Notes: generated from the letters alone by a model not told the origin. Shown: positions 10,570-22,425, numbered from the stretch's first letter. The stretch is DNA of 64,000 nucleotides from a virus (IMGVR_UViG_3300046003_007336:32001-96000); one strand, 5' to 3'. Made by a program: numbers and translations.

Positions 10570-10626
10570 CGGTTGCCTTGTAGGCATGATGTGATAAAAG
10601 CGGTCCACCAAAAAAAGGAAACTGAC

Positions 10627-11082
10627 ATGACTGCCCTGATCGAGAAGATCAAGTCCGACCAACTCCAGGCCCGCAAAGATCGCAACCCGGTCGCGACCGC
10701 AGTGCTGACCACCCTCATCGGTGAAGTCAGCAAGGTGGGCCCGGATGGCAATCGCGAGGTCACGGACGCCAAGGTGGTCAAGACCCTGAAGTCGTTCATC
10801 GGCAACATCGACCTCAGCCTCGTCGGAGACCCCGGAGAAGGCATCAAGCCCCTGCCTGAGACTGAAGTCGATACCCGTACCCGCCTGCAAACCGAGCGGG
10901 ACCTCCTGGTCGCCTACGTTCCGCCGCAACTCACCGAGGCCGAACTCCGCGCCGCCATTGCGGGCGTGGCTCCGGGCGAGACCCTGACCATGCGGGACAC
11001 CGGCCGCATCAAGGGCCTGCTGGAAGACCTTCACCCCGGCGCCGTGGACGGCAAGATGCTCTCCATGGTCCTCAAGGGCTGA
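10627..11082 (+). CDS. yqeY: GatB/YqeY domain protein
   Basis: LIEKIKSDQLQARKDR...VLTTLIGE...LLVAYVPPQLTEAEL...DGKML matches the YqeY pattern. Confidence 0.8.
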   Translation: MTALIEKIKSDQLQARKDRNPVATAVLTTLIGEVSKVGPDGNREVTDAKVVKTLKSFIGNIDLSLVGDPGEGIKPLPETEVDTRTRLQTERDLLVAYVPPQLTEAELRAAIAGVAPGETLTMRDTGRIKGLLEDLHPGAVDGKMLSMVLKG

Positions 11083-11467
11083 TGGCCAAGAAAACGGCCA
11101 AGATCGACGTCGCGATGTGCGAGCGCGTTGCTGGGTCAACCGGCATGCTCGCCATCGTGGCTGGTCTTCGACAGATGAAAGAGTGGGCGGCCCTTCACGA
11201 CCGGACTTTCAAATACGGAGCCCGCTCGATGAGGTTCACATTTGCGAGTTCGGAAACCGCCGATTCATTTCGCGCCACGTTCGGAGAGGCCGAATGAGTC
11301 TGTGGCCCTTCAATCTGTCGCCGAGTTTCTGGACCAACCGGAAGCCCGGCAACGGCAATCGCCGCTACCGGTGCAGTGATAAGACCTGTCCCCACAAGAC
11401 GACCAAGGGCCAACTCAAGGTCAACGGCGGCGTCTGTTTCTCCTGCAAGAGCCCGATAACGCGATGA
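11082..11467 (+). CDS. Two small ORFs (11082-11297 hypothetical; 11294-11467 Cys4 zinc-ribbon-like)
   Basis: Second ORF has CSDKTC...CFSC. Confidence 0.5.
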
Positions 11468-12075
11468 TCATACTGGGCATGACTGGCGGCATCGGGGTCG
11501 GGAAATCGACCATCACTGCCGTGTTCCGCGCGACGAACATTCCGGTCCTCGACATGGATGCGGTCGTCCACGCCAGCTACGCTTCTGGCGCACACGGCGC
11601 GAAAGTGATCAAGCGACTCTTTCCATCGGCCATGAACGATGACGGGTCGGTCAACCGGACCAAGCTGTCCGAGATCGTCATGAATGACCCCAAGAACCTC
11701 GACGCTATCGAGGAAGGTATGTCCCCGATGATGGCCCTGAAGATGGGTGAGTTCGTCGGCACGCAGTCCCGTCTTCGCGCCCCCTTGGTCGTTATCGACG
11801 CCCCGACCCTGCTCGAAATGGGCTACAACCATTTCATGAGCCGCGTCCTGGTCGTGACGTGTGACCCCGAGGAACAGCGCAGGCGCGTCATGGCCCGCCC
11901 CGGCATGACGGAGGAAAAGTTTGCCTTCATAAACTCAAGGCAAATGCCCGAGGTCGAAAAGCTCAAACACGCCAACCACGTTATCGACACCACGGGTTCC
12001 ATCCAGGAAACTGTTGAAAAAGCCGAACGTCTTCTTGTAGAACTGGCCCTTCTCGACGGAGTAGTAGAGGGGTGA
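11464..12075 (+). CDS. coaE: Dephospho-CoA kinase
   Basis: ILGMTGGIGVGKST P-loop, LDMDAVVH, NRTKLSEIV, VIDAPTLLE, SRQMP...K...ANHVID. Confidence 0.9.
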   Translation: MIILGMTGGIGVGKSTITAVFRATNIPVLDMDAVVHASYASGAHGAKVIKRLFPSAMNDDGSVNRTKLSEIVMNDPKNLDAIEEGMSPMMALKMGEFVGTQSRLRAPLVVIDAPTLLEMGYNHFMSRVLVVTCDPEEQRRRVMARPGMTEEKFAFINSRQMPEVEKLKHANHVIDTTGSIQETVEKAERLLVELALLDGVVEG

Positions 12076-12129
12076 TTTTTTACTTGACGAGTAATACTTT
12101 CCTGTTACCCTAAGAGCAGGAGGAAGATC

Positions 12130-13979
12130 ATGTCTCGCCAAGAAAACGCCGAAATCGCCATCGCAGACGTTATGCTGATGCGCGTGGGTGTTGCTCTCGA
12201 CGAGATCGATTACAGCTTGATGGCCGGGTATGTGGCCAGCCTGCCCTGTGATCGATATTCGGCCGAGGCGCCGACGTTCTTCCGTTCCTATCTGGAAACC
12301 GCGACGTGCGCCCGCCCCGACATCGAGCATTACGATGCCCTTGTCTCCCGCGTGGCCACCGCCTTGGGGAACGTTTACTGATGACCGATGCTGCTCCCGC
12401 CGACACCCGTGTCGTTCTGTCCTTCCCGCTCGGCGAACCCGAAGCGATGACCCTGACCGGCGAAAGCGTCCGTCTGATCAAGACGCTGGAAGACCTCGAT
12501 ATGGCCTCCATTCTGAAAAAGGCCGATCTCCGCCCCTGCACGCGATACGAGGTCGTGATCAGCGTCAAGATGGAGCGCACCACCAGCGGCAGCCTGTGCG
12601 TGTCCGACACCCCGGTGATCGAGGCGGTGCTGCGCGGCTCCGGCGCAGGCCGCAAGCTCGCGAGCCTGCTCCAGAGTGAGGAGCATCCCGACAGCAAAAT
12701 CCACAGGGCATACCGCATCTATTCGTTCTTCGAAGACGGCTTCCAGTCCGTCGTGGAGATTCCGGCCAATGTCTGACGCCATTTTGCTGTCCGCCGCCAT
12801 GGCCCCGCCCATTGTCCTGATTGTGGCCACTTTCTGGGAAATGCGTCCTCGGCTGTCCCCCGCGACGATCACGGCCATGCGCCACGCCGTCGATGAATGG
12901 GAGAGAAACCACTGATGAAAAACTCTGACCGCCCCATCCGCATCGCCGCGCACATCGAATGCGTCCTCATGGACGAGAGCCGCGAGGTCGAGTCCCGTAG
13001 CGAAGACTACGTCAACAAGAGCGAAGCCAAGGCCTTCGCCCGTGGCGTCTCCAAGGGGTTGTCCGACGCCGCCTCCATCGTTCGGGTCGAGACCGACAAG
13101 GTCACCCGTAGCCCGGCCGCCCTGTTGGCCGACCGCTGCTTCGAAGCTTCCCTGGCTTGTCCGGGAAGCCCGATCTCGGCTCTGCTGGTTGAGGTCGGCA
13201 ACTATCTCGATGTCTCGCAGGCCCGTGGCTAAGCGAATTCGGCGCATCAAGAACAAGGACGGCCTCTATACGCCGTCAGGTTTGAAAGGTCGCCTGATTG
13301 CCGAGGAAGGTATCGGCGTCCTCTTGGAGGAACTCCGCGAACGCGGATATAGCCATTGGGACGCCCATCAACTAATGTTGGATGTCCTACAAGGACCGTG
13401 GGAAACATTCCTCCAAGTTGGCGACATCATTGCAAAACGAGAACCCCTCTCCGACGACGACGATTGAAGACCGCGACTATCTTGTGGCCCGCGACCGCGC
13501 CGACCGCGAACTCCGTCTCGAAGCCTTGACCCTGGCGGTCAAGGTCTGCAACAACGACCCCTACGTGTGCATTCAGATCGCCGCCGACTTCGAGAACTAT
13601 CTGAGGAACGGACTACAAGATGGCGTATGAAGGCGACCACAGAGAGCCCGTCTACCTGACTTTCGGGGCTCTCGACCGCTTCCCAAGCGATTGCCCGTTC
13701 AGGAGAGATCGCCAGCCCCGCCGTGAGACCATGTCTGCTGAGGCCACCGCGATGGGCTGGGAAACATGCTGCCTGATTCCTCTTCCCGATACGCTGAACA
13801 TGACGAGCATGAAAAGCAGTCTTCGTCGTCTCTACGGCCTTCGGGACGAGATTGACTCCTATAAGGAGGGCAACACGACGTGGCTGCTGAACAACAAATA
13901 TCGAATAGAACTCGGTGGCCATTGGGCCGTGCTGGGCCTCACAGATAGTGACGCCGTGAAATTGAAAATGTTATGGTAG
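12130..13979 (+). CDS. Run of about 7 small hypothetical ORFs (e.g. 12130-12381, 12381-12776, ~12915-13232, ~13204-13467, ~13430-13630, 13620-13979)
   Basis: Tightly packed with overlapping stop/start after a TTGACG promoter; last ORF ends HWAVLGLTDSDAVKLKMLW. Confidence 0.55.
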
Positions 13980-13982
13980 AGC

Positions 13983-14897
13983 ATGCATATCCTTTCCGTA
14001 GATCAGTTTGATCGTGCCTTCATAGATCGTCTCTTCTATCGCGCTGGTCGCTACGACCGCCTTTCCGCCAGGGAGCGGCATCGCGAAAGCCCGGCCGCGA
14101 ACAAGCTCCTGACCAATCTCTTCTATGAGCCGAGCACGCGAACGTCCTCGTCCTTTCATGCCGCGATGACGAAGCTCGGCGGCTCCGTCATCCCGATCAA
14201 CGACGTCACGTATTCAAGCGTGTCCAAAGGCGAGACCCTCGAAGACACCATACGGACGATGGCCTCCTACAGCGACGTCATCGTTCTCCGCCACACCGAG
14301 GTCGGCGCCGCTGCTCGCGCCGCTGCCGTGTCCCCGGTCCCGATCATCAACGCCGGGGACGGCGTCGGTGAGCACCCCACGCAAGCCCTTCTTGACCTCT
14401 TCACCATCCTGTCCGAGCAGGACCGTATCGACGGCATCACAGTCACGCTCGTGGGCGATCTCAAGCATGGTCGGACGGTCCACAGCCTGTCGAAGCTCCT
14501 CCGTCTATTCGACGTCCAGGTCAACTTCGTCGCCCCTTCTCATCTCGGGATGCCAGACCAATACACTCGCCCCGAGGATGGTTTCTCCTCAACGCTCGGA
14601 GATTTCATCGACACCTCAGACGTCATCTACATGACGCGGGTCCAGAAGGAGAGGTTCGTGGCGCGCGACCCATGGCCGGGTCAAATCGAGACCGACCCTG
14701 TTCTTGCCGACACCGACTATGGCATCACCGTCGATGACATGAAGGCCGCCAAGCCGACCATGTCCCTCATGCATCCGTTCCCCCGGAACGAGGAAATTCC
14801 AGTCGAAATCGACGCCGACCCGCGAGCGGCTTACTTCCGCCAGATGCGCAACGGCCTCCTGGTCCGCATGGCCCTCCTGGAAAGCGTTCTGGCGTGA
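13983..14897 (+). CDS. pyrB: Aspartate carbamoyltransferase catalytic subunit
   Basis: FYEPSTRT, SSVSKGETLEDT, NAGDGVGEHPTQALLD, VGDLKHGRTVHS, YMTRVQKER, MHPFPRNEEI. Confidence 0.96.
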   Translation: MHILSVDQFDRAFIDRLFYRAGRYDRLSARERHRESPAANKLLTNLFYEPSTRTSSSFHAAMTKLGGSVIPINDVTYSSVSKGETLEDTIRTMASYSDVIVLRHTEVGAAARAAAVSPVPIINAGDGVGEHPTQALLDLFTILSEQDRIDGITVTLVGDLKHGRTVHSLSKLLRLFDVQVNFVAPSHLGMPDQYTRPEDGFSSTLGDFIDTSDVIYMTRVQKERFVARDPWPGQIETDPVLADTDYGITVDDMKAAKPTMSLMHPFPRNEEIPVEIDADPRAAYFRQMRNGLLVRMALLESVLA

Positions 14898-17800
14898 TTC
14901 TCTGCGACAACAGCAACCTGCGAGACATCGGCACGGCTGGCTATCTCCTCGATAAGATTGAAGACACATTCCCAGAAGAACGTGTCGGCGCCGGGTCCAT
15001 CAACCAGTGCGTTCTCGAATGGTGCGCCGCAGTTAATGGAACGCCGGATGCGAAAACGACCGACCACGATCAAGAGCACGCCCGCCTGCGAGAAATTCTC
15101 GCCGACGTAGAGCACCTTGGGTACTACTGGGTACGCGATTTTCGACGACGCCATTGCGAACCCAAGTCCCCCGGTTTCTGGGTCATCTACGGCTTGAGCG
15201 ACCGCGACGTCGTCAAGCTGAAGGTAATGTGGTGACCGCACCGCTCAGCACGTTCGAAGTCAAGGGAACCGACGCCACTGTGGTGGTCGAGTTCGATGAC
15301 CGCAATTACTTCGATGAGTTCCTTAGATTTTGCGGCATCCTCTATGAGGTGACGGGTAAATACACAACCAGGAACGTCATCGAAGGTGGGGATGAGAAGG
15401 GGGCATGGTGGAAAGTTATCGGCCTGACCGATGCACAGGTTATTCAGATCAAAATGCTGTGGTGATCAACGTGGACTGGATGCCCAGCAAGCCAGTTGAT
15501 GTCCTTACCGCAGATGGCCCGAGCCGGTGCGTGCTACAGTCGCATACCCGATACACTCACAAGTTCCTCAGGCAAATAGACGAAAAGGAACTCGTCTATG
15601 AAATCCTGGGCCGCGTGGTTGAAGTCATCCGCCATATTGGACGCAATGACCAATGGGTTGTTGCCCACGACGTTACTGACTCGGAAGCCGTGATGCTGAA
15701 AATGATGTGGCCTCTTCTTAAGAAATAATTCGGGTTCTGCTTTGAGTCCGAGTAGTATCTAGGGATGAAAGACACAAAAGTCATCCAACTGTTCGGCAAC
15801 GCTCCTCCGGTCACCACCTTCATCGTGGAAACCGAAGAAGACGCCCTTCAGAAGTTTTTCGACGCCCTCAAGGAACGTCGTGCGATCTTCGAACACATCA
15901 CCGAAGAAACGCAGATGGATTTTGTTCTCTTCATCAACGCAACGGAGACTTGCCAGTATCGGCAAATCGTCTCCGAGATCATAGCCGACGAACGCAACCA
16001 GGACCCTGTGTCGAACGAACTGTTCCTCACCCGTTTGGTTGAAGACCTCGTCTTCGATGGCGTATCCCCTCCCGGCACCTCCATGGCGGTCTTCGTGGAC
16101 CCGTGGAACACCTATATGGAAGATGTCCGCACGGTCCTGCGAGGCGAGTGATTTATTTTGCAGATTTTGGACCACCCGGCTAATGAGCAGGAATGGACAA
16201 TCTCTTCCTCGACGTCGAAACCCCTTACGCCGATGTTCGGCGCCAGATGGAAGCGAACTTCTTCGCCACCCGGCAGCCCGGCCAGTATGATTTCTGGGTC
16301 CGCAAGGGTATCCCGACCTGGGGCGCCGTGTCAGTCTTCGACATGCCTCCCCTGCTTGACGACGAGGAGCCCTGCAAGGTGGTCCGCTTCCAGTTTGATT
16401 CTGACAACGAAGCCCTGGCTTTCTACCTCCGCAACGCCAACATCTTGCTCCGCATGGAGGGCATGACGAAGTGAAAGCCAACAGCGCGGCTATGGGCTTG
16501 CTTCCAACCTTGGCCGATCTCATGGAACGCAATCCAGAGGCCGAGCCCGGCGATCTCGATGTGGCTTTCACTGCGGTGAATCAACCGGCCTTCCGGGAAT
16601 GCGCTCGCTATCTCGGCTACACCCCTGATCATGGCTTCGTCTATCGGCTTCGCTTCCCGACCCGGAACGACGCGCTTGAATATCTCCTCCGGCACAACCC
16701 CAGCTACTGGTTATATCGTGATCATCAATGAGAGCCATGAGCACCTGACGTTGGACCGATCAGATTTCGGACCACCGGGCCCTGATGAATATGACTTCGC
16801 CATCAAGCGAAATTCACCCACCATCAACAACCTGAATGGCGAATGCATCGGTAACTGGGAGATTGACCAGTCTCAGATAGAACGTCGGCGAAACCTCATG
16901 CACGGTTATCTGTACCGGCTCCGGTTTCCTTCAGAGACAGCCGTGCTGGCCTTCTACATGACCCACTCCGACTACGTGATCTGGTTCAGGAATTAATTGA
17001 CCGGTTTCGGTTTCCCCAATAGGGTGCCGAAATGCAGGAGCCACTCTACAGAACAGGCACGAGCCTCCGTGTCCCATATTTTCGGGATGATCTCCTGCTC
17101 GTGAACTGCACGTCCGAGGATGCGAGCATCGTCGTGCTCGTTATCGCTGATGGGGAACGCGAGGGCATCCTGGCTCGATACACGCCCGTCCTGCGGGGAT
17201 GGGCCTATCAGTTGCACACTCGCTCCTTTGAGCTTCTCTCCCAGCCCCTGCTGGACCCTTATGAAACCGAACCCCGCAATCCCCAACCGGGCATTCGAGA
17301 TGTCTTCGCCACCATCAATGACGTCTGTAAGGGCCGCTGGGGTTTCAACGGGCGTGACATGATCGACGGCGTCGTCACTCTCATTTTCGAGGACGAACGG
17401 GACGCGGCAGTGTTCAGGCTGGCCGACCGATGGTGAATGAGATCATTTGGCAAGGAGACCCCGTTCGGGCTCCCCGGTGCGTCCTCTCGACCAAGATCAC
17501 CCACACGGGCAATTCGTCGCCGGACTACCACAGCCACATGGCTGAGCGCGACACCCTTGTCGCCCTCATCGAAGAGCTTGCCCTGAAGTCCTATGCGTCC
17601 GGCCGCCTGCTCTTCAAGCGTCAGGGCGTCGCCCGCTATGACGGCGTGTGGGAAATCTATTGGTTGAGCGACGCCGACGCCATGGCCCTCAAGATCGCGT
17701 GGGAAGGATGATTCGCAAACCCTTCAGAGAGATGGTGGGTCTACACAGTTTTGGGGCTGTGGCCGACTGGATTGTCAGTCACCCCCAGGTCTTGATCGAC

Positions 17801-20672
17801 AATCAGAACACATCCATGCGGCTCTTTTTCGCAGCCCGGTATGCCGCTCATCTCTCCCCGGTCATCGTCTGCCCGGACTTCGAGATCAAGAAGGTGAGCT
17901 TCAACATGAGACAGCCCGAGGGGCGGTTCATCTATGGGGATATGTTGATCGTGTGGTCGGGGGCCAAAGACTTCAACCCGTTCACCGGATTTGAGAGCAG
18001 TGGTCTCGTTCTGACCGGACGTGGTTGCGCGACCCGCGACGATGACGAAAACCAACGTCACCGGTATGATGTTAGGTTCACGCGCACGGTCTGGCACCGG
18101 ATGATCACTCGCATGATGTTGGAAGCCGAATGACGATGCTGCGATTCTATGCTATCGACGAGGACGGTATCGAGATCAGGACCGCTCATCTGATGCGCGT
18201 GAACCCGTTCGGCGCCGAGCACGACAAAAAAAATCGCCCGATTCGAAAAGGGACGTTTGCGCGGTATCGGAGAGGGGTTCCCAATCCCTTCATCTGCGCG
18301 CGGTTTTCCCTCCAGGCCGCCGACTATTATTCTGGGTGCCCCGTAACTCGTGATCGAATTCAGTGGATTCACGACAACACAACCGGCTGCTGGTCGATCT
18401 ATTCGTACACCACGAAGGCCGCCCGCCGCATGGGTTCCTCCAATGATCTTTGGTGGTTCACCTTCGGGTTTCAGGACCGCGCCGATGCCGCCAAATACAA
18501 GATGGTGTGGGAATGACCTCAATCTGCCTACCGAGTAATCTCTGTGATATCGAGTTCCGACGCGCTGGCACGACCGACGCCGTGTTGAAATGGTGTGAGG
18601 AACACATAGGAAACCGCGTCGAGGTCAAGGCCGAGTGGATTACTCGACGATATGCGCAGGTGTGGATGCATTTCGAGCGCGACACGGACTTCGTCGCCTT
18701 CAAACTAGCGTGGCTCTGATGGACGAAGATGCAGAAACTGAGATCGAAGCTCTTAAGGCCAAGATCGTCACCATGTTTCACAAGTCTCAAAATTTCTTGC
18801 AAGAGAAAAAAGAGGCCGATGAAGCGGCGAACTTTATGTGGACGGTGCTGAAGAATCTCAACGATGGCTGGCATGCTTTCCATACGGCACCCCTAGACGA
18901 AGACGACAAGAATGCAATTCTCCGCTGGGTTCGCCGCTATGTGGACATGCCAGACCGGACGTGGTGCTATCGAGAGTACGGTTCCAGGATGTCCTTTATT
19001 TTCGCCTTCCGCCACGCCAGTGATTGCGCGAAGGCCAAGCTGATGTTCGATCATGATTGACGAGAACTCCCACCCGGACCTCCACACAGCCAACCTGCTC
19101 TTGAAGCTCCACAACGTCCCGGCGATCATCAAGGACCGGAGCTATCGGGCCGACCGTGACCCCCGCCCGTATCGGCTCTCCTATGGGCTGGCGCGGTTTA
19201 ACCGTGAGGCAGACAACGCTCGGTCCTATGAGTGGACCCGCGTATACAAGACGCCCGCGAGCCTCCTGGCTGGCGTGAGGAGACTGGTAGAATGAACGAC
19301 GATTTCATCTACGACGCCGAACTGAAGAGGAACGTCTTTGTCGGCGATCTCGAAAAGTTGAAGGCGTCGTTCATCTGGGACAAGCCACCCGACGATCTTG
19401 ATATCGCCACCTATACGGTTGCTGGTCGAGGCTTTGTCTGGCACGAGCTAAAGCGTGCCGAACTCCATTTGCTTCGGGCCGCGTTCGCGGCTGACACCTT
19501 CGAGGACTTCGAACGCCACATGGCCTCCGCGCAGAAAACGCGGTGGGCGGCCCGCTATGCCCTACCGGTCGATGACTATTTCCACCCAGACGCTGAGGCG
19601 GCACGCCAAAAGACTATCTTGGAGAAGATGCGTCGGTAATTACTTGACGTGTGTGTCCAGTAGTGTAAAGGTTTTGGGATGAAACTCGCGACCTATCAGT
19701 GCCAGTCCTGCAACAAGGATTTCGCCGCCCGCCCGGTTGACCGTGCGCGAGGCTGGGCGCGCTTCTGCTCCAAATCCTGCAAGGGTATTCGGCAGAAACA
19801 GAACGGCGGCACCCTCCCGAGGAAAGCCAAGCACGTGGCCGCGAACAAGACCCGTGCGGCGAACCGCAACGCGGGGATGACCGAGGTTCAAAAGCTTCGG
19901 GCACGCGCCGCAGGAGCCGCTCGCGCACAGGGCGTGGATATCAGGACGTGGTTGGAATACCGGCACACCTACGGGGGCAACCCGCAGTTTGATCGCCGGG
20001 GCAACTACGAGGGTTTCTCGGCTCGGTTCTCTGAGGAGGTCGAATACGACGAGTTCGAAGACCTCTACCGGGACATGAACATCGACAAGGTGGACGACGG
20101 CGGGCATCTGTGAGCGACGTCGAGATCGACCTTATAGTTCGGTCATCCGACCTCAGCTACGGAGTCCTCTCGCGCGAGCGAGAGGAACTCATCCAACTGG
20201 TCCAGCACGTTTCTCCAGGATGGGCGTCCCATTTTGCGCTGCGATGGCCAACTGACCCCACCGAGCCCCGATGGACCGTACTCGGCCTCACCGCCCACGA
20301 GGGAAGCAAGGTCATGCTGCTATGGTAGAGGGAACGTGGTTCTGGTCCCACGGCTTCAAAGCCCTTGAGCCCGATCAGGCACCGCGCCCGTTTCGCTATA
20401 CGCTGAGTCAGCTTGAGGCGATGTCATGGGAAGACCAGATCAAGTCATTCCTGTCGAGATGGAACGTCACCGCAGAGGGCGAGGAAAAACCCATCGAGCG
20501 AATGGCGTTCATCCTCGAACACGGTATCAAGTTCCATAGCCATGTGGAACACCTGTCACGCGAAATGGCGACTTTCTACTATGTGAGCGTCCTCCTGCCC
20601 CCACGCCGCGCCGTTGAGTTCACACTCCGGTGGGATTTCTGGATGGAAGACGAATCGCCGGTCCCCAGCTAG
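14894..20672 (+). CDS. Dense array of about 20 small hypothetical ORFs (e.g. 14894-15235, 15232-15465, 15462-15728, 15765-16151, 16193-16474, 16471-16731, 16718-16996, 17032-17436, 17430-17711, 17708-18133, 18130-18516, 18513-18719, 18719-19060, 19053-19295, ~19292-19639, 20110-20328, ~20322-20672)
   Basis: Head-to-tail ORFs with ATGA/GTGA overlaps; many share C-terminal motifs. Confidence 0.6.
19679..20113 (+). CDS. Zinc-finger (CxxC...CSxxC) protein
   Basis: CQCQSCNKDF...WARFCSKSC; own TTGACG promoter. Confidence 0.55.
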   Translation: MKLATYQCQSCNKDFAARPVDRARGWARFCSKSCKGIRQKQNGGTLPRKAKHVAANKTRAANRNAGMTEVQKLRARAAGAARAQGVDIRTWLEYRHTYGGNPQFDRRGNYEGFSARFSEEVEYDEFEDLYRDMNIDKVDDGGHL

Positions 20673-20729
20673 GCATAAATCGACGTTGTTGAATAAATAT
20701 GGGTCAACCCCTCTTGCAGGAGACCCCAC

Positions 20730-21137
20730 ATGGTCGATATTACTGATTTCAACGCTGATTGCGCCCGCTCGTCACTTGACGACGTGCTCAAGCACCTTCC
20801 CGGCATCGTCGCCGACGTCTACAACGATTCCGTCGTCACTGTCGCCGGAACCGCCTATACCCTCGACCCCCTGACTTCGGGCAAGGTCATTGAGTTCACC
20901 GCTGGCACCGCCGTAACGGTCACCCTGCCGAACTCGCTGCCGGTCGGCTTCCAAGTCACCGTTCGCCAAGCTGGCGCCGGTCAGGTCGGTTTCGCGGTCG
21001 CTTCTGGCGCAGTTCTCCGCAACCGCGCTTCGCAGACCAAGCTCAACGCCATCTGGGCTGTCGGCGCCCTGGCCGTTCGTGCCAACTCCAACGGAGCCAC
21101 CGCAGAATACGTTCTGAGCGGCGACACCGGAGCCTAA
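20730..21137 (+). CDS. Late, probably virion-associated beta-rich protein
   Basis: AATAAATA upstream, GGAG SD; VTVTLPNSLPVGFQVTVRQAGAGQV resembles tail-fibre beta modules. Confidence 0.5.
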   Translation: MVDITDFNADCARSSLDDVLKHLPGIVADVYNDSVVTVAGTAYTLDPLTSGKVIEFTAGTAVTVTLPNSLPVGFQVTVRQAGAGQVGFAVASGAVLRNRASQTKLNAIWAVGALAVRANSNGATAEYVLSGDTGA

Positions 21138-21204
21138 TACCAAGAGGGGCACTTCGGTGCCCCTCGCCCCTTGCACCAATATGGTGTTTCGCCGTAGATC
21201 GACT

Positions 21205-21399
21205 ATGGCCAGAATCGATCTTCCGATCAAAACACAAGACCTAAAACAACTCCCCATCGAGTTGGATTTTCTGTGCGATCTCATGCGCTCCTACGAAATC
21301 AGCTATCAGATAGTGTGGCCGCCAAACAAAAACTGGTGGTTCTGGTCTATCAGTGGCCTCGACGATAGCGACGCGACCAAACTGACGCTGCTGTGGTGA
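21205..21399 (+). CDS. Small hypothetical protein (W-x-x-x-GL-x-D family)
   Basis: Ends FWSISGLDDSDATKLTLLW. Confidence 0.55.
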   Translation: MARIDLPIKTQDLKQLPIELDFLCDLMRSYEISYQIVWPPNKNWWFWSISGLDDSDATKLTLLW

Positions 21400-21437
21400 C
21401 CGGCCGGAAATAAATCTCACCACCCGCATTTTTCTTA

Positions 21438-21466
21438 TTGACGCCAAATCGTCCTCGAAGTATAAA
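21438..21466 (+). promoter_or_regulatory. sigma70-like promoter of the Ala/Pro tRNA operon
   Basis: TTGACG-N17-TATAAA; also contains TATAAATA. Confidence 0.75.
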
Positions 21467-21475
21467 TAGGACGTT

Positions 21476-21583
21476 ATGTTGATCCTGTTCACCCTCGCTG
21501 CTCTGACCGCAGCCGCTGCCATCGCAGCGGGACAGGCCCCCGTGCGCTTCGCACCAGCCCCGGCTAGCCGACCGCGACCCTAA
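21476..21583 (+). CDS. Putative Ala/Pro-rich leader peptide MLILFTLAALTAAAAIAAGQAPVRFAPAPASRPRP
   Basis: 35 codons with 12 Ala and 5 Pro, between the promoter and tRNA-Ala/Pro genes. Confidence 0.6.
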   Translation: MLILFTLAALTAAAAIAAGQAPVRFAPAPASRPRP

Positions 21584-21666
21584 AGGGTAGCGGTATATAA
21601 GCAGCCAGGATGGTGATCGGCGCGATGCCGATACGTCCAGCAAAACAATCTAGGAAACGTGGCCTT

Positions 21667-21742
<76 letters not shown>

Positions 21743-21767
21743 CGTCCTAGTATTCACGATGTGTCAT

Positions 21768-21844
21768 CGGGGTATAGCTCAGTCTGGTAGAGCACTCGCT
21801 TTGGGAGCGAGGGGTCAAGAGTTCGAATCCCTTTACCCCGACCA
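21768..21844 (+). tRNA. tRNA-Pro(TGG)
   Basis: Cloverleaf, C1-G72, CCA. Confidence 0.95.
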
Positions 21845-21874
21845 CACGTGAATCCTTCAAGGTATCTGCTCAGT

Positions 21875-21948
21875 CGGGGTGTAGCGCAGTCTGGTAGCGC
21901 ACTGGTCTCGGAGTCCAGGGGTCGTAGGTTCGAGTCCTACCGTCCCGA
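21875..21948 (+). tRNA. tRNA-Pro(CGG), CCA not encoded
   Basis: Cloverleaf with CT-CGG-AG loop. Confidence 0.9.
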
Positions 21949-22035
21949 CTGAACAGATAGTTTGATCATCGGGGGAGGCCGTGAGAGGCCAGTGCACTGA
22001 GGTGAAAATCCTCCACCCCCCGTCCAAACCATCTT

Positions 22036-22111
22036 GGGGTCTTAGCTCATCTGGTAGAGCGCAACACTGGCAGTGTTGAGGTGGCGGGTTCGAGTCCCGC
22101 AGATTCCACCA
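22036..22111 (+). tRNA. tRNA-Ala(GGC)
   Basis: Cloverleaf, G3:U70, CCA. Confidence 0.95.
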
Positions 22112-22116
22112 TTCAT

Positions 22117-22215
22117 GGGCGTGTCGGCGACAACGGGGGCTACCCCGCTAGGCCACCTGCGGTCGGCCCGAAAGGGGGCTTCAGGGAGAGGTGCAAGGCC
22201 TCTCGCGTTCCACCA
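22117..22215 (+). ncRNA. Non-canonical tRNA-like RNA with Ala acceptor identity
   Basis: Acceptor GGGCGTG/CGCG(T)TCC with G3:U70 and one bulge, A73, CCA; T-arm AGAGG-TGCAAGG-CCTCT; interior has extra hairpins and no standard D/anticodon arms. Confidence 0.6.
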
Positions 22216-22248
22216 ACCCCGGCGCAATCCCGCGCCACGAGAACCGAT

Positions 22249-22419
22249 ATGGACAAGAAGACGGAGAAGAAAAAGAAGAAACTGCTAGATCGCATCGCCG
22301 AACTGGAAACCGAACTCCGGCAGTCGCTGGGGAAGAAGGATAGTCGCACCGTCGAGATCGACGTGCCGTCCCAGATGCGGAAGATCGCCGATTTGCAGGC
22401 ACAAGTATCGCGGATGTAA
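22249..22419 (+). CDS. Small basic coiled-coil protein within the tRNA cluster
   Basis: MDKKTEKKKKKLLDRIAELETELRQ... Confidence 0.55.
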   Translation: MDKKTEKKKKKLLDRIAELETELRQSLGKKDSRTVEIDVPSQMRKIADLQAQVSRM

Positions 22420-22425
22420 ATCCAC

